From Squalus acanthias (taxonomy: Eukaryota), in contig CM059432.1 in assembly GCA_030390025.1 (NCBI GenBank), positions 77,254,001 to 77,318,000 on the forward strand: a stretch of DNA of 64,000 nt, read 5' to 3'. Below the pieces are notes generated by a model that was not told where the DNA came from, made no database searches, and saw only the letters and a list, made by a program, of their open reading frames with translations. The position numbers and the translations under genes were made by a program. Shown here piece by piece: positions 62,852 through 64,000 of this stretch (position 1 is its first letter; the number at the start of each line of letters is the position of its first letter).

Positions 62852-64000
62852 GGGGGAAAAATTCGGTTGGTTAGCGCCTCCGGGGGACTCCAATGGGGCG
62901 CTAGGAACTTAGCGCCTGAGCACAGCGATTTTAGCGTCGCTCGCAAAATTGACCGTCATTTTGCGGCGGCGCTAAACACTACCACCACAATCTCCTGCGC
63001 TCGCAGATCGTGACGTCAGTCGAGTGTGCAGCGCCCCGGACCGGATATTGAGTCCCGCCCCCTGCCTTACCGCCTGCCGCTAGGAACGACAGGTAGAAGG
63101 GAAGGTTTTCAAGTCGGGAAGGGGCTGGGGGAGCGCTATTTAAAGGCGGGCACTTCCTGCCTTTTCTTGTCAGCGAAATTTTTGGAACATGCAGGTTGAG
63201 AGGGAGAGAAACGTCTGGAGAGATTCGACGCGGTCCGAAGAAGTTTTGGGTCCTGCGAACCACTTTGGAGGTTAATTTTTATTTCACCTTCATATTAACG
63301 ATATTTAGAAGCTTTGATAGGGGCTACACTAACTCGGGGCGTCATCATCCAGCTGCACAATCGGAGGCAGCAGAGGCGCAGAGAGAGAGTGGCAAACGTG
63401 GCCAGAGGGAGGAGGGCCAACAGGCCTCTGCACAGGAAACCTTACCCTCCCAGAGTATTCCGGGAGCAATTCTCCTACATTCATTTGTCTGAGGAGCAGT
63501 GTTTCCGAAGGCTGCGCTTCAGCAAGGAGGTGGTCACTGAGCTCTGCCACCTCCTGCAACCAGATCTGCAGCCTCAGCTCAGGACCAGGACGTCTCTGTC
63601 GGTGGCAGTGAAGGTGACAATGGCTCTGAATTTTTAAGCCAGTGGCTTCTACTGGGGACATAAAGAATATCTCGCAGTTCGCTGTTCATTGTTGCATCTG
63701 GGAGGTGACAAAAGCTTTGTATAAGAGGAGACGCCAGTACATCTCTTTCCCGATGACCTGGGACAAATAGCGCGAACGCGCATGTGGTTTTGCGAGGATA
63801 GTGGGCTTCCCCATGGTGCAGGGCGCTATTGACTGCACGCACGTGGCATTGCGGGCACCACATGAAAATGCAGAGGTGTTCCAAAACCGCAAGGGCTTCC
63901 ACTCTTTAAATGTACAGTTGGTCTGTGACCACAGACAGCTCATACTTGCCGTCAATGCCCGCTATCCTGGCAGCACCCACGATGCTTTCATCCTGCGCCA
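62852..64000 (+). mobile_element. Harbinger transposon left end and decayed HARBI1-like transposase (runs off the window)
   Basis: TAT|GGGGGAAAAATTCGG terminus. Transposase from ~63315: 'KPYPPRVFR...LSEEQCFRRLRF...VKVTMALNF*ASG...ISQFAVHCCI...GFPMVQGAIDCTHV...[15 protein letters not shown]...YPGSTHDAFILR', with stops and a deletion. Confidence 0.9.

Overview
Eukaryotic, repeat-dominated window, most likely from a cartilaginous fish. That is an inference from the repeat set: Deu-domain tRNA SINEs of the SacSINE1/AmnSINE1 type, CR1-clade LINEs, Penelope-like elements and many Harbinger derivatives. About 31 kb is one G-rich 28-bp tandem array (consensus GAGACTAGTATAG[T/A]GGAGTGGGGTATCT, roughly 1,100 units, 12205-17046 and 21023-46790). 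The array is interrupted by a young antisense CR1-type LINE with an intact endonuclease+RT ORF, followed by a 630-N gap. Host-gene evidence is sparse and all on the minus strand. There is a CpG-rich TATA promoter with a 77-nt first coding exon encoding a signal-anchor (CYP7/CYP8-like architecture, not identified with certainty). Downstream of it lies an isolated copy of BRK1 coding exon 1 whose ATG has become ATA. The rest is decayed CR1/L2 LINEs, two Penelope remnants with hammerhead-ribozyme cores, Harbinger transposase/Myb remnants and MITEs, SINEs, a C-rich ~50-bp VNTR and a polypyrimidine tract. I see no clear new multi-gene system. The best leads are the satellite's variant code and higher-order structure, the LINE in it (duplicated 3' stem-loop, a 53-bp repeat where ORF1 is expected) and the orphan BRK1 exon.
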